Shown in pieces: positions 1-7,278 of a stretch of 14,615 nucleotides of DNA. A program made the position numbers and the translations under genes. Positions within the stretch are counted from its first letter, which is position 1. Each line of letters opens with the position of its first letter. The stretch comes from Candidatus Latescibacterota bacterium (GTDB lineage Bacteria > Latescibacterota > UBA2968 > UBA8231), in NCBI GenBank assembly GCA_965205655.1, contig CBDBIJ010000025.1, positions 1-14,615 of the forward strand, in the 5' to 3' direction. The notes under the pieces are model-generated. The model was not told the origin of the DNA and searched no databases. It saw nothing but the letters and a program-made list of their open reading frames with translations.

Positions 1-2
1 CG

Positions 3-260
3 GCGCCGCATCGCCAGTCAGCTGACGTCGTCGAGACCGTCGATCGCCACGAAGATCTCGGTCCCGTCGTCTTCATCGTCTTTCTGGCGGTGAGTCTGGG
101 GCGGCTGCCAGTCCACCTGCAGTGGTAAGTCGGCTGGCCCCTGGCAATGTGGCTGGGCGTCGCCGGCATGGGCTGCGTCCTCTTGTGGATGACGAGCCTC
201 GTCGTCGGCGAGCTGGTGTACGAGTACGGGGTCGGAGTGCAGATGGATCAAATAGATTAA
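3..260 (+). pseudogene. 3' part of a DUF2231-like predicted membrane protein, 5'-truncated by the window and with an in-frame TAA at 126-128
   Basis: Not in the ORF track. Frame 3 reads APHRQSADVVETVDRHEDLGPVVFIVFLAVSLGRLPVHLQW*VGWPLAMWLGVAGMGCVLLWMTSLVVGELVYEYGVGVQMDQID*. It has an HE followed by two hydrophobic helices and the C-terminal GELVYEYGVGV motif I associate with DUF2231. The stop is TAA 258-260, convergent with cstA. Confidence 0.55.
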
Positions 261-267
261 CTGACCG

Positions 268-1948
268 TCACCGGTTCGCCCGGTGCGGGATCGCTCCGCA
301 GAGATCGCGGTAGATGCGGATCGCCTCGGCGACCATCCACACCTCGAGGACGAGGATGAGCGAGGCGAGACCGGTGAGGAGCCAATCGGATTCACCATAG
401 AAACTGATGAGGTTGCCAACCATTGAACTTGTAGTAGCGCCCACGACGAACAGCATTGGCAACAGCGTGTAGCGAACGGGCCAGCGCTTCGAGAATAGAT
501 ACACGCTCATGACGAGCAGGGACATGGCGCCGATGAGCTGGTTCGTAGTGCCGAAGAGGGGCCACAGAATGAGGCCGCCCTGGCCGCCGCCTGTCAACAT
601 GGCGAGTCCGAGGCCGGATCCGGCGGCGATGAAGCCGCCGAGATACCGGTTCTGGATCGACTTGATGTCGTGGCCAGCGCCCAACTCGGCCAGGACGTAG
701 CGTTGGATGCGCGTCGCCGTGTCCAGCGAGGGTGGCGGCGAAGGAAATGATGAGGACGACGACGACGGTTTCGGCGACGTTCAGAGGAATGCCGAGAGTG
801 GCCATGAAATGCGACGTGCCGCCCACGAAGGCGGACAGTTTTGCCCCCAGGCCCGCGGCGGCGCCCCACGAATGGTAGTGAGCCGTCCACGACTCCAGCT
901 CGGCGAACCCGGCGGTGCAGGCCAGCGTCGCCATCAGTGCCAGGCTGCCCTCGCCGAGCATGGCGCCGTAGCCGATAGGACGGGCGTCAGAAATGCGGTC
1001 CAGCTGCTTGGCCGTCGTGCCGCTCGACACGAGCCCGTGAAAGCCCGAGATGGCACCGCAGGCGATGGTGACGAACAGAAAGGGCATCCATGGCGGCGCC
1101 CCTTCGGGGCTCAGATTGAGAGCCGGTGCGACGATCTCCGGCTGCAGAACGAAGAGGCCGGCGAACATGAGGCCCAGGCCCACGAGCAGCTGGTAGGAGT
1201 TGATGAAATCCCGTGGTTGCAAGAGCAGCCAGACCGGCAGGACCGAAGCGATGAAGGAGTAGATGAGCAGGAAGACGATCCAGGTGTTCACGGGCGTGCC
1301 GAGAAGCGGCGGCACGCTGATGGGGTACTCGATGCCGACGAAAACGGCGCCATACAGCAGGACCAGGGCGCCGATGGAGGGCCACAGAATCGGCATCCCT
1401 CGGCGGTGAATGAGGTAGCCGATGAGGATGGCGACGACGATCTCAAAATTGATCGGGATGACGGAACTCGGGTACTGGACGAACAAGGTGGCGATGACGA
1501 AGGCGAAGACGGCCAGGACGAAGAAGATGAGGAAGAAGATGATGAGCAGAAACAGCGTGCGGGTACGGGGATTCACGACGCGGGCGGCGATGTCGCCCAT
1601 GGAGCGGCCGTCGTGGCGGGCGGACAGCACGAGACATCCGAAATCGTGGACGGCACCCATGAGCAGGGTGCCCAACACGACCCACAGCAGAGCCGGAACC
1701 CAGCCCCAGATAACGGCGATTGCCGGCCCCACGATCGGTGCCGCTCCGGCGATGGACGTAAAGTGGTGGCCGAACAGGACTGACCTGCGGGTGGGGACGT
1801 AGTCGACGCCATCTCGAAGGCGATGGGCGGGAGTTGGCTCCGAGTCCTCCAGGTGCCAGACGCGCCGCGCCAGAAAGCCGCTGTAGAATCGGAAGCCGAA
1901 GAAGTAGAAGCAGAGAAGGACGACGGCAGCAACGAGGGCGGCGTTCAC
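268..1948 (-). pseudogene. cstA: Carbon starvation protein A (CstA-family transporter), frameshifted at 730-732
   Basis: ORF 392..1948 has the motifs TPAHRLRDGVDYVPT, LFGHHFTSIAGAAPIVGP, PVWLLLQPRDFIN and LFVTIACGAISGFHGLVSSGTT. ORF 268..684 has LWPLFGTTNQL. Removing one G of GGG 730-732 restores SFAATSLDTATRIQRYVLAELG and a single 559-aa frame. Confidence 0.9.
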
Positions 1949-1964
1949 GAAATTGCCTTCGCGC

Positions 1965-2660
1965 TCAGCTTCGCGGGCGCTCGATCACCTGACAGGAGCC
2001 GTCGTCGCGAGCCGCGACGACGAGGTCGACGAGTCCGACGAAGAGGCCGTTCTCCACCACCCCGAGTATGTCGTTGACCTCGCGCTCGATCGCGGCGGCA
2101 TCGTCGATGCCGTCGGGGAAATGGCAGTCGAGGATGAGGTTGCCATTGTCGGTTAGGAACTCGTCTCCCGAGGAACTGCGACGCAGTTCCGCGCTCGGGG
2201 CGAGCTCCATCAAACGTCGTTGAGCGACGGCCCAGGCGAAGGGAATGACCTCCACTGGCAGGGGATTCCGGGCACCCAACCGGTCGACGAGCTTCGACTC
2301 ATCGACGATGATGATCTCACGAGTGCTGGCGGCGGCGACGATTTTCTCCCGCAGCAGCGCACCGCCCATGCCCTTGATCAGATCGAGGTTCGGATCGACC
2401 TCGTCGGCGCCGTCGATGGTCAAATCGACAACGGGCTCCTCTTCCATGCCCGCTATGTCGAGACCGACTTCGGCGCCCAGCTGGCACGAGGCCTCCGAGG
2501 TGGGAACGCAGCGGATTCGCAATCCGGCGGCGACGCGCTCGCCGATGGCCCTGATGGCATGCTCGGCGGTGGATCCTGTGCCGAGGCCGACAATCATACC
2601 GTCGCCGACGTATTCCACCGCCTTCTTCGCCGCCAGTTCCTTGAGTTTTTCGGGGGTCAT
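1965..2660 (-). CDS. rpiA: Ribose-5-phosphate isomerase A
   Basis: 231 aa with GLGTGST, DGADEVD, KGMGGALLREKIVA, TDNGN and GVVENGLF motifs. Confidence 0.97.
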   Translation of the reverse strand: MTPEKLKELAAKKAVEYVGDGMIVGLGTGSTAEHAIRAIGERVAAGLRIRCVPTSEASCQLGAEVGLDIAGMEEEPVVDLTIDGADEVDPNLDLIKGMGGALLREKIVAAASTREIIIVDESKLVDRLGARNPLPVEVIPFAWAVAQRRLMELAPSAELRRSSSGDEFLTDNGNLILDCHFPDGIDDAAAIEREVNDILGVVENGLFVGLVDLVVAARDDGSCQVIERPRS

Positions 2661-2674
2661 CGGAATATTTCGAA

Positions 2675-2703
2675 ACTGTAGACGGTACCCCAGGGGATGT
2701 CAA
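2675..2703 (-). promoter_or_regulatory. sigma70-type promoter of rpiA(-cstA)
   Basis: The minus strand reads TTGACA (2703-2698), a 17-nt spacer, then TACAGT (2680-2675). The -10 ends 14 nt before the rpiA ATG. Confidence 0.75.
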
Positions 2704-2704
2704 G

Positions 2705-3868
2705 ATGACCGCACTCGCCCCGGATCCAGCCCTGCCGACATCTGACAACAAGCGCACGGCAGCGCACTGCGCCACTCCGTTTTTGCCCGAAACCGGTTCG
2801 TGGATCCACACTCAGATCACCGGCCTCAGGCGCTACCGGCCCGTCGTTCTGACGCAGGAGGCGCGTAACCTGAACCAGTTTCCGGTGCCCACGCTCTACA
2901 CGGCAGAGCTCTACGGCTCGGTGAAGAAGATGGCGAACCGGCTTACGCGACGACTCACAGGAGAATACCCGTTCTACTCCCGCATCCTCACACGCGAGGG
3001 CGCCGGGTTGATCCACGCCCACTTCGGCTACCAGGGCTGCCGCTGTCTGCGAGCGAAGCGCGAGGCGCGACTGCCGATGGTCACGACCTTCTACGGCGCT
3101 GACGCGGGTAGTTTTCCCGGCGACCCCTCGTGGAAGCGACACTACGAGCGTCTCTTCGCCGTTGGAGAGCTCTTTCTCGTCGAGGGCAGCAACATGGCAA
3201 CGCGGTTGCTGGAGCTCGGCTGCCGCCCGGACAGGCTCGCCATTCATCATCTCGGTGTTCAGCTGGACCGCATCCCATTTCGCGAGCGCGCGCCAACGGA
3301 CGCGGTGCGGATTCTGATCTGCGCCGAATTCCGGGAGAAGAAGGGGATACCGCACGGGTTGCTGGCGTTGGGAAGGGCCCTGGAGGGGCTCGAGATCGAT
3401 TGCCGCGTCCGCGTCATCGGGGACGGACCGCAGCGACCTCAGGTGAGCGACGCTATTCGCGAGTCCGGGCTCGAAGAGCGGGTGGAGTTACTCGGCCGGC
3501 AGCCCTATGCGAGGGTGCTCGAGGAGTTGCGTGAAAGTCACCTGCTGCTGCAGCCGAGCATGACCGCAGCGGACGGCGATACCGAAGGCGGGGCACCGGT
3601 CGTCCTCCTGGAGGCCCAGGCCTCGGGGCTGCCGGTTGTTTCGACCATGCACGCGGACATACCCGAGTACGTGGCAGGGGGAAGGGAGGGTGGATGTCTG
3701 GCGCCGGAGGGCGATCTTCCCCGCCTCGCCGAAGTCATCGGCGACGTTCTGTCAAAGCCGGAGAGGTGGGCCGAGCTCGGCCGCGGCGGCCGGCGACATG
3801 TCGAAGAGAATTACAACGCGTCGGTGCAGAATGAAAAACTGGAGTCGATCTACGACACTTTGATGTAG
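2705..3868 (+). CDS. Glycosyltransferase family 4 (GT-B fold, WcaL-like)
   Basis: 387 aa with LIHAHFG, REKKG, IGDGP and GDTEGGAPVVLLEAQASGLPVVST motifs. An SD-like AGGGGA lies at 2692-2697. Confidence 0.88.
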   Translation: MTALAPDPALPTSDNKRTAAHCATPFLPETGSWIHTQITGLRRYRPVVLTQEARNLNQFPVPTLYTAELYGSVKKMANRLTRRLTGEYPFYSRILTREGAGLIHAHFGYQGCRCLRAKREARLPMVTTFYGADAGSFPGDPSWKRHYERLFAVGELFLVEGSNMATRLLELGCRPDRLAIHHLGVQLDRIPFRERAPTDAVRILICAEFREKKGIPHGLLALGRALEGLEIDCRVRVIGDGPQRPQVSDAIRESGLEERVELLGRQPYARVLEELRESHLLLQPSMTAADGDTEGGAPVVLLEAQASGLPVVSTMHADIPEYVAGGREGGCLAPEGDLPRLAEVIGDVLSKPERWAELGRGGRRHVEENYNASVQNEKLESIYDTLM

Positions 3869-3895
3869 CCGGTGCCGCCAAAACTCCTACGCCGA

Positions 3896-4195
3896 TCACA
3901 CCTCAACCGAGTGAGCGGCGCCTGTTCCCAGCCATTCCTTCCTCTGACTTTCCGCTCGTGCCACCAGCTCCCAGTAGAGCGCTTGAGACTCGGCGTCAGC
4001 ACCGTCGGCATCGATGCGGTGATGGACGGCTGATGGGTCCATCCACTTCAAAGCGGGCTTGACGTCGCCGCCGTCCAGCCCGCAATACTCGGCGCAGCGC
4101 CTGAGCTCCGACTCGGCCTTGTCTTGGTCGAGGAACCAATCGTGTACCGCCACGAGGCCCGCGGTTTCGTCCGAGATGGCGGTGAGGATACGGTG
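3896..4195 (-). pseudogene. 3' fragment of IS-interrupted sulfotransferase-family gene
   Basis: HRILTAISDET...AAHSVEV* continues in frame from ...DMWKTY (ending 5541) once the IS and one copy of the GTAG duplication are removed. Confidence 0.8.
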
Positions 4196-4199
4196 GTAG
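4196..4199. repeat. Target site duplication GTAG, left copy
   Basis: Identical to 5541-5544. Removing the IS plus one copy restores the codons TGG AAG ACC TAC CAC CGT ATC. Confidence 0.9.
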
Positions 4200-4224
4200 T
4201 GTAAAGCCCTGGGTTTCTGGACAC
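4200..4224. repeat. IS terminal inverted repeat IRR (downstream of transposase)
   Basis: TGTAAAGCCCTGGGTTTCTGGACAC, with the canonical 5'-TG terminus. Confidence 0.85.
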
Positions 4225-4239
4225 TGATTTGGCGGATGG

Positions 4240-5148
4240 TCAGGCCGCCTTGGACAACTCCTGCTGGAAGCTCCGGCGCACCTGGTTTGGCGTCTGATAG
4301 TTGTGTCGCTCGAGGAGCCACTTCTCGTTGTAGACTCTCTTGAATTCGAGCAGGGCAAGACGGAGCTCTTCGACCGTGGCAAAGTATCGGACCCACAGGA
4401 GATTCTCCTTGAGGGTGCGGATGAATCGCTCGGAGCAGCCATTGCCCTCCGGGGCACGCACGAAGCTGGGCGACGACTCGATGCCCAGGAAGTCGATCTG
4501 TTTCTGGAAGTGGTCGGACATGTACGCAGAGCCATGATCGTGGCGCAGCTGCAGCCCCCCGGCGATACCCTTGTCGCCGCCGCCGAAGTGTTCGCGGACT
4601 CCCTGGTGGATCGGCTCCAGGGCCTCGAAACGGTCGCCTGTGGCCGCTGCATGAATGCCGATGCACTCCGAGCCGCAGTGGTCGACAGCCACGAAGACCG
4701 TAGCTGTGCCTTCGCCGGTGGTCACGGTGGTGGTCAAGTCGGTTCCCCACATCTGGTCTGGTCGCTCGGTGGTGATCGTCCCGTCGTGTGCTTGCGGGCC
4801 CCTTGGCTGGCCGGCGCGTTGCGGCACCTGCAGGCCGTGCTCGCGCATCACACGGCGTACGCGTTCCTTCGAGGTGCGGATGTCCTGCGCCCGCAGCTGG
4901 GCCCACATCTTGCGGTAGCCTTCCCCGTGAAAGGGGGACGCCTTCAGCAACTCGCGAATCTTCTCAGCTAGCTCATCGTCGGTACACGGCCCTTGGGGAC
5001 CTCGTTTCTTCCGCTCAAGACGCTCCTCCGGACGCAGAGCCGCCCGACGCCGATGCTCGTGGACGGTGGAGCGAGGAAACTGCCAGACCCGACACACACG
5101 CTGCAGCCTGTACGGCCGCTTCCTGGAGGGCGACTGGGTCTGGCTCAT
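4240..5148 (-). CDS. IS3-family transposase OrfB (rve integrase core)
   Basis: 302 aa with GYRKMW, WGTD, RHDHGS and NGCSERF. There are exactly 35 residues between the second D and the E. Confidence 0.95.
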   Translation of the reverse strand: MSQTQSPSRKRPYRLQRVCRVWQFPRSTVHEHRRRAALRPEERLERKKRGPQGPCTDDELAEKIRELLKASPFHGEGYRKMWAQLRAQDIRTSKERVRRVMREHGLQVPQRAGQPRGPQAHDGTITTERPDQMWGTDLTTTVTTGEGTATVFVAVDHCGSECIGIHAAATGDRFEALEPIHQGVREHFGGGDKGIAGGLQLRHDHGSAYMSDHFQKQIDFLGIESSPSFVRAPEGNGCSERFIRTLKENLLWVRYFATVEELRLALLEFKRVYNEKWLLERHNYQTPNQVRRSFQQELSKAA

Positions 5149-5187
5149 CGCTTCGACCTCCGGGATGCCAAAGGGAGTCCATCCTCC
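5122..5187 (-). promoter_or_regulatory. Putative -1 programmed ribosomal frameshift signal fusing orfA and orfB
   Basis: Internal SD GGAGG (5187-5183), heptamer C-CCT-TTG (5175-5169) in orfA phase, and a downstream stem GGAGGTCGA/TCGCCCTCC (5161-5153 / 5133-5125). The -1 frame runs PFGIPEVEA into the orfB Met. Confidence 0.7.
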
Positions 5188-5474
5188 AGGCGATGGATCT
5201 TGGACTCCAGCAACTCGTTGTCCATCGTCAGATCCCCCACCTTCGCTTTCAGGCGGGCGATCTGTTCATCCCGCTCATCACGGGTACGGCTGTGCAGAGC
5301 TGACTCACCCCCACCCAGGAACTGCTCGCGCCACTCACTCAGCGTGGCTGCCATCACACCCAACTCCCGGGACAGGACCTCCAGGTCCTCCCCACGCAGC
5401 AGGCGCAACACCGCCTCCTGCTTTCGACGAGCGGAGAATCGGCCGACCCGAACACCCTTCTTCTGCTTAGTCAT
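5145..5474 (-). CDS. IS3-family transposase OrfA (HTH plus leucine zipper)
   Basis: RFSARRKQEAVLRLL...LSRELGV..TLSEWR HTH followed by the heptad IARLKAKVGDLTMDNELL. ATG 5474 is preferred over 5498 because of SD GAAAGGAG at 5490-5483. Confidence 0.9.
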   Translation of the reverse strand: MTKQKKGVRVGRFSARRKQEAVLRLLRGEDLEVLSRELGVMAATLSEWREQFLGGGESALHSRTRDERDEQIARLKAKVGDLTMDNELLESKIHRLEDGLPLASRRSKR

Positions 5475-5512
5475 CTCGAACACTCCTTTCAGGTCCATGT
5501 GGACCCTCTAAT

Positions 5513-5540
5513 GTGTCCAAGAAAACCCTGGGGCGCTGGA
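5513..5540. repeat. IS terminal inverted repeat IRL (upstream of transposase)
   Basis: The minus strand reads TCCAGCGCCCCAGGGTTTTCTTGGACAC, an imperfect match to IRR with a non-canonical 5'-TC terminus. Confidence 0.8.
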
Positions 5541-5544
5541 GTAG
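5541..5544. repeat. Target site duplication GTAG, right copy
   Basis: Identical to 4196-4199. Confidence 0.9.
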
Positions 5545-6098
5545 GTCTTCCACATATCCGCAGCCAGGTCCGCTGGATTCAGGCCCAGATGGCTCGCCTG
5601 CAGCTCTACATCCCCCCGTCCCGCAATCGAAGCGATGCAGGAACTGGGGTGACGAACGATGATGGCGGGTCGGATGTCCCGGTAGCCCAGCTGTACGAGC
5701 GCGTCGAGCCAGAAGGGAAAAAGCAGGACGCTGCGCGGGTCCTTCCAGCCCCACCGATCGGTGTGAAAGGCACCTTTCAAGTGTTCGCCTATCGCGTCCA
5801 GCTCCTCGCCGGACGGTGTCAGAGCGGCGCTGAGTCCGGGAATCTCTGAAAGCGCTTTAGCGTCCCCATAGCCGCTGGGGTGCTTCCCGAATCCGCGCAA
5901 CAGCTGAATATCCAGAGCCCAAAAGAACTCGTTCTCCCAGAAGCCCTTCGGATTGTCGGGCTGAGGTGGCATCAGGGGCTCGCCCAGTTCAAGCCCGAGC
6001 AGGTTCAGGGCGCGCGCAAACATGGACGTGCCGCTGCGATGCATACCGAGAATCGGCACGACCACGGTGTCCACAAACGAAGTATCCGTTTTCCTCAT
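5541..6098 (-). pseudogene. 5' fragment of IS-interrupted sulfotransferase-family gene (reconstructed 285 aa)
   Basis: It has the ILGMHRSGTS PAPS-binding loop, DNPKGFWEN, WGWKDPR and IIVRHP. The start is ATG 6098 with GAGG at 6108-6105 (GTG 6110 is an alternative). The last residues of the track ORF (SSAPGFSWTH) come from the IS. Confidence 0.85.
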
Positions 6099-6151
6099 CG
6101 GTGTCCTCACTCTCCTGCGATGTCAGCTCTCACAGCGTTGCTGCTCCAAGG

Positions 6152-6766
6152 TTATTTCGATGCGAGCGTTCTCAGCTTCCGGTCGAGGACCCTGGCGCGC
6201 TTCGAGCCGATAGCCCGAAGCACGGCCTTGCGCTGTGCGGGCTGTAGTCTCGAGAGGGCCAGCCCTGCCGACTCGTCATCGAGGGTGGCGATTTGCGCGG
6301 CGGCTCTTTCCGGCGGCATGGCGCGCAGCTCCTCAGCCAACTCGTCGAGCATGAGATCTCGACTCCGCTTCAAGATGGCGATCTGGCGCTTCAGATCGTC
6401 CTGAACAATGTCGAGATGCTCGGAAGGCGAGGAGAGCGCCAACTTCAGTGAATCGATGCGGCCCTCGGCTGTGGCAAACGGCGGAAAGGACCGGATGTCA
6501 TCTGGCTCAGCGATCAGGCTGACCGGCGCCTCAAATCGGGCCCCGCGTCCGTCGTCCTCCCGGCCCCGAGACAGGTGTGTGGCCGAGGCCGTCTGCCGGG
6601 ATTCCTTCGGTGGCGCCTCGAGCACGGGTAAAAAGGAATCGCCGCGGCCACGGGAAGAGGAGGCGCCTCGAGACGAGGCGTCGGAGAACACCCCAAGGAG
6701 ACCGAGGATGACGGCGAATGAAAACGACATGCCGAGAATGATCAGGACAACGTCTCTTGCACCCAT
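6152..6766 (-). CDS. Membrane-anchored MotE/FlbB/YlxF-like protein (MgtE N-terminal-like helical repeat), probably flagellar accessory
   Basis: N-terminal TM helix, an S/R/P-rich linker, a coiled coil, then LAEELRAMPPERAAAQIATLDDESAGLALSRLQPAQRKAVLRAIGSKRA, which resembles the MgtE_N/MotE repeat. It is divergent from the flg operon. Confidence 0.65.
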   Translation of the reverse strand: MGARDVVLIILGMSFSFAVILGLLGVFSDASSRGASSSRGRGDSFLPVLEAPPKESRQTASATHLSRGREDDGRGARFEAPVSLIAEPDDIRSFPPFATAEGRIDSLKLALSSPSEHLDIVQDDLKRQIAILKRSRDLMLDELAEELRAMPPERAAAQIATLDDESAGLALSRLQPAQRKAVLRAIGSKRARVLDRKLRTLASK

Positions 6767-6900
6767 ATTTGCTCAGGGGAGAGTTTTTTGGGGTCGGAGG
6801 AGACAGAATTTCCGCTCGATGCCAGGCTGCCGCCGCCGGCCATACACCCACACTCCCATTGCAATATCCGGCTGCGTCGGAGGCGGGTCAACGGAGCCGA

Positions 6901-6923
6901 ATCTGTTTGCAACGCAGACAGAT
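6901..6923. repeat. Inverted repeat ATCTGTTTGC-AAC-GCAGACAGAT (candidate regulator site or hairpin)
   Basis: 10-bp arms with one mismatch, containing TGT-N11-ACA, in the divergent intergenic region. Confidence 0.5.
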
Positions 6924-7127
6924 AGAGCACCAAAAGCGCTTCACCAGGAGACCTCCGGACACCGACAGATGCCGCGTCTTCACGGTACCGCGATTGCTTG
7001 AGGTCGCGAATATGGCAAGCAAAGCCCATTCCCGGTATGAGCACACCGCACCCTCAAGCCCGGAAACGACGGCGCCGGCTGGAATTTCTTGCCGAAGAAA
7101 CGCTCCAAACGAAATCGAGACACATGT

Positions 7128-7140
7128 TCTCAACATATTG
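7128..7140 (+). promoter_or_regulatory. Putative IHF binding site
   Basis: TCTCAACATATTG matches WATCAANNNNTTR with one mismatch. It lies in an AT-rich patch about 45 bp upstream of the sigma54 -24 box. Confidence 0.5.
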
Positions 7141-7183
7141 TAAACACACAAATTATGGACGGTGCGCCGAGCTTCCAGGGAGA

Positions 7184-7199
7184 TGGCACACACGTTGCT
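7184..7199 (+). promoter_or_regulatory. sigma54 (RpoN) -24/-12 promoter of the flgF operon
   Basis: TGGCAC-ACACG-TTGCT is an exact match to TGGCAC-N5-TTGCW with GG-N10-GC spacing, about 80 bp upstream of the flgF ATG. Confidence 0.85.
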
Positions 7200-7278
7200 C
7201 ACAAGCGCTGTCAGGGGTGGAGTGCGTCGGGGAGATGCCCGTCTCCGCCATAGTTTGAGACAAGAGGGGTGAAGATCG

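Larger units (their letters stand above)
4200..5540 (-). mobile_element. IS3-family insertion sequence (IS2-like), 1341 bp, apparently complete
   Basis: It has an orfA/orfB pair with an ATGA overlap and a DD35E integrase core. The imperfect terminal IRs are TGTAAAGCCCTGGGTTTCTGGACAC (from 4200) and TCCAGCGCCCCAGGGTTTTCTTGGACAC (read inward from 5540). It is flanked by direct repeats GTAG at 4196-4199 and 5541-5544. Confidence 0.95.

Noticed and set aside
707..1783. 358-aa acidic + strand ORF
   Set aside because: Antisense shadow of hydrophobic cstA codons in GC-rich DNA, with no motifs.
4170..4205. Outward TTTACA -35 hexamer at IRR forming a hybrid promoter
   Set aside because: There is no TAnnnT -10 at 16-18 nt in the flank, and the IRL junction gives only TTTTCT.
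3896..4906. 336-aa ORF that looks like an IS-host fusion protein
   Set aside because: It is an off-frame IS read running into the sulfotransferase 3' half. Only the last 99 aa are real.
6742..6843. MAGGGSLASSG... as a frameshifted N-terminal extension of the MotE-like gene via the CCCCAAAAAA run
   Set aside because: An in-frame TGA lies two codons upstream of ATG 6766, so slippage at that run cannot join them. There is no support for it as an independent peptide.
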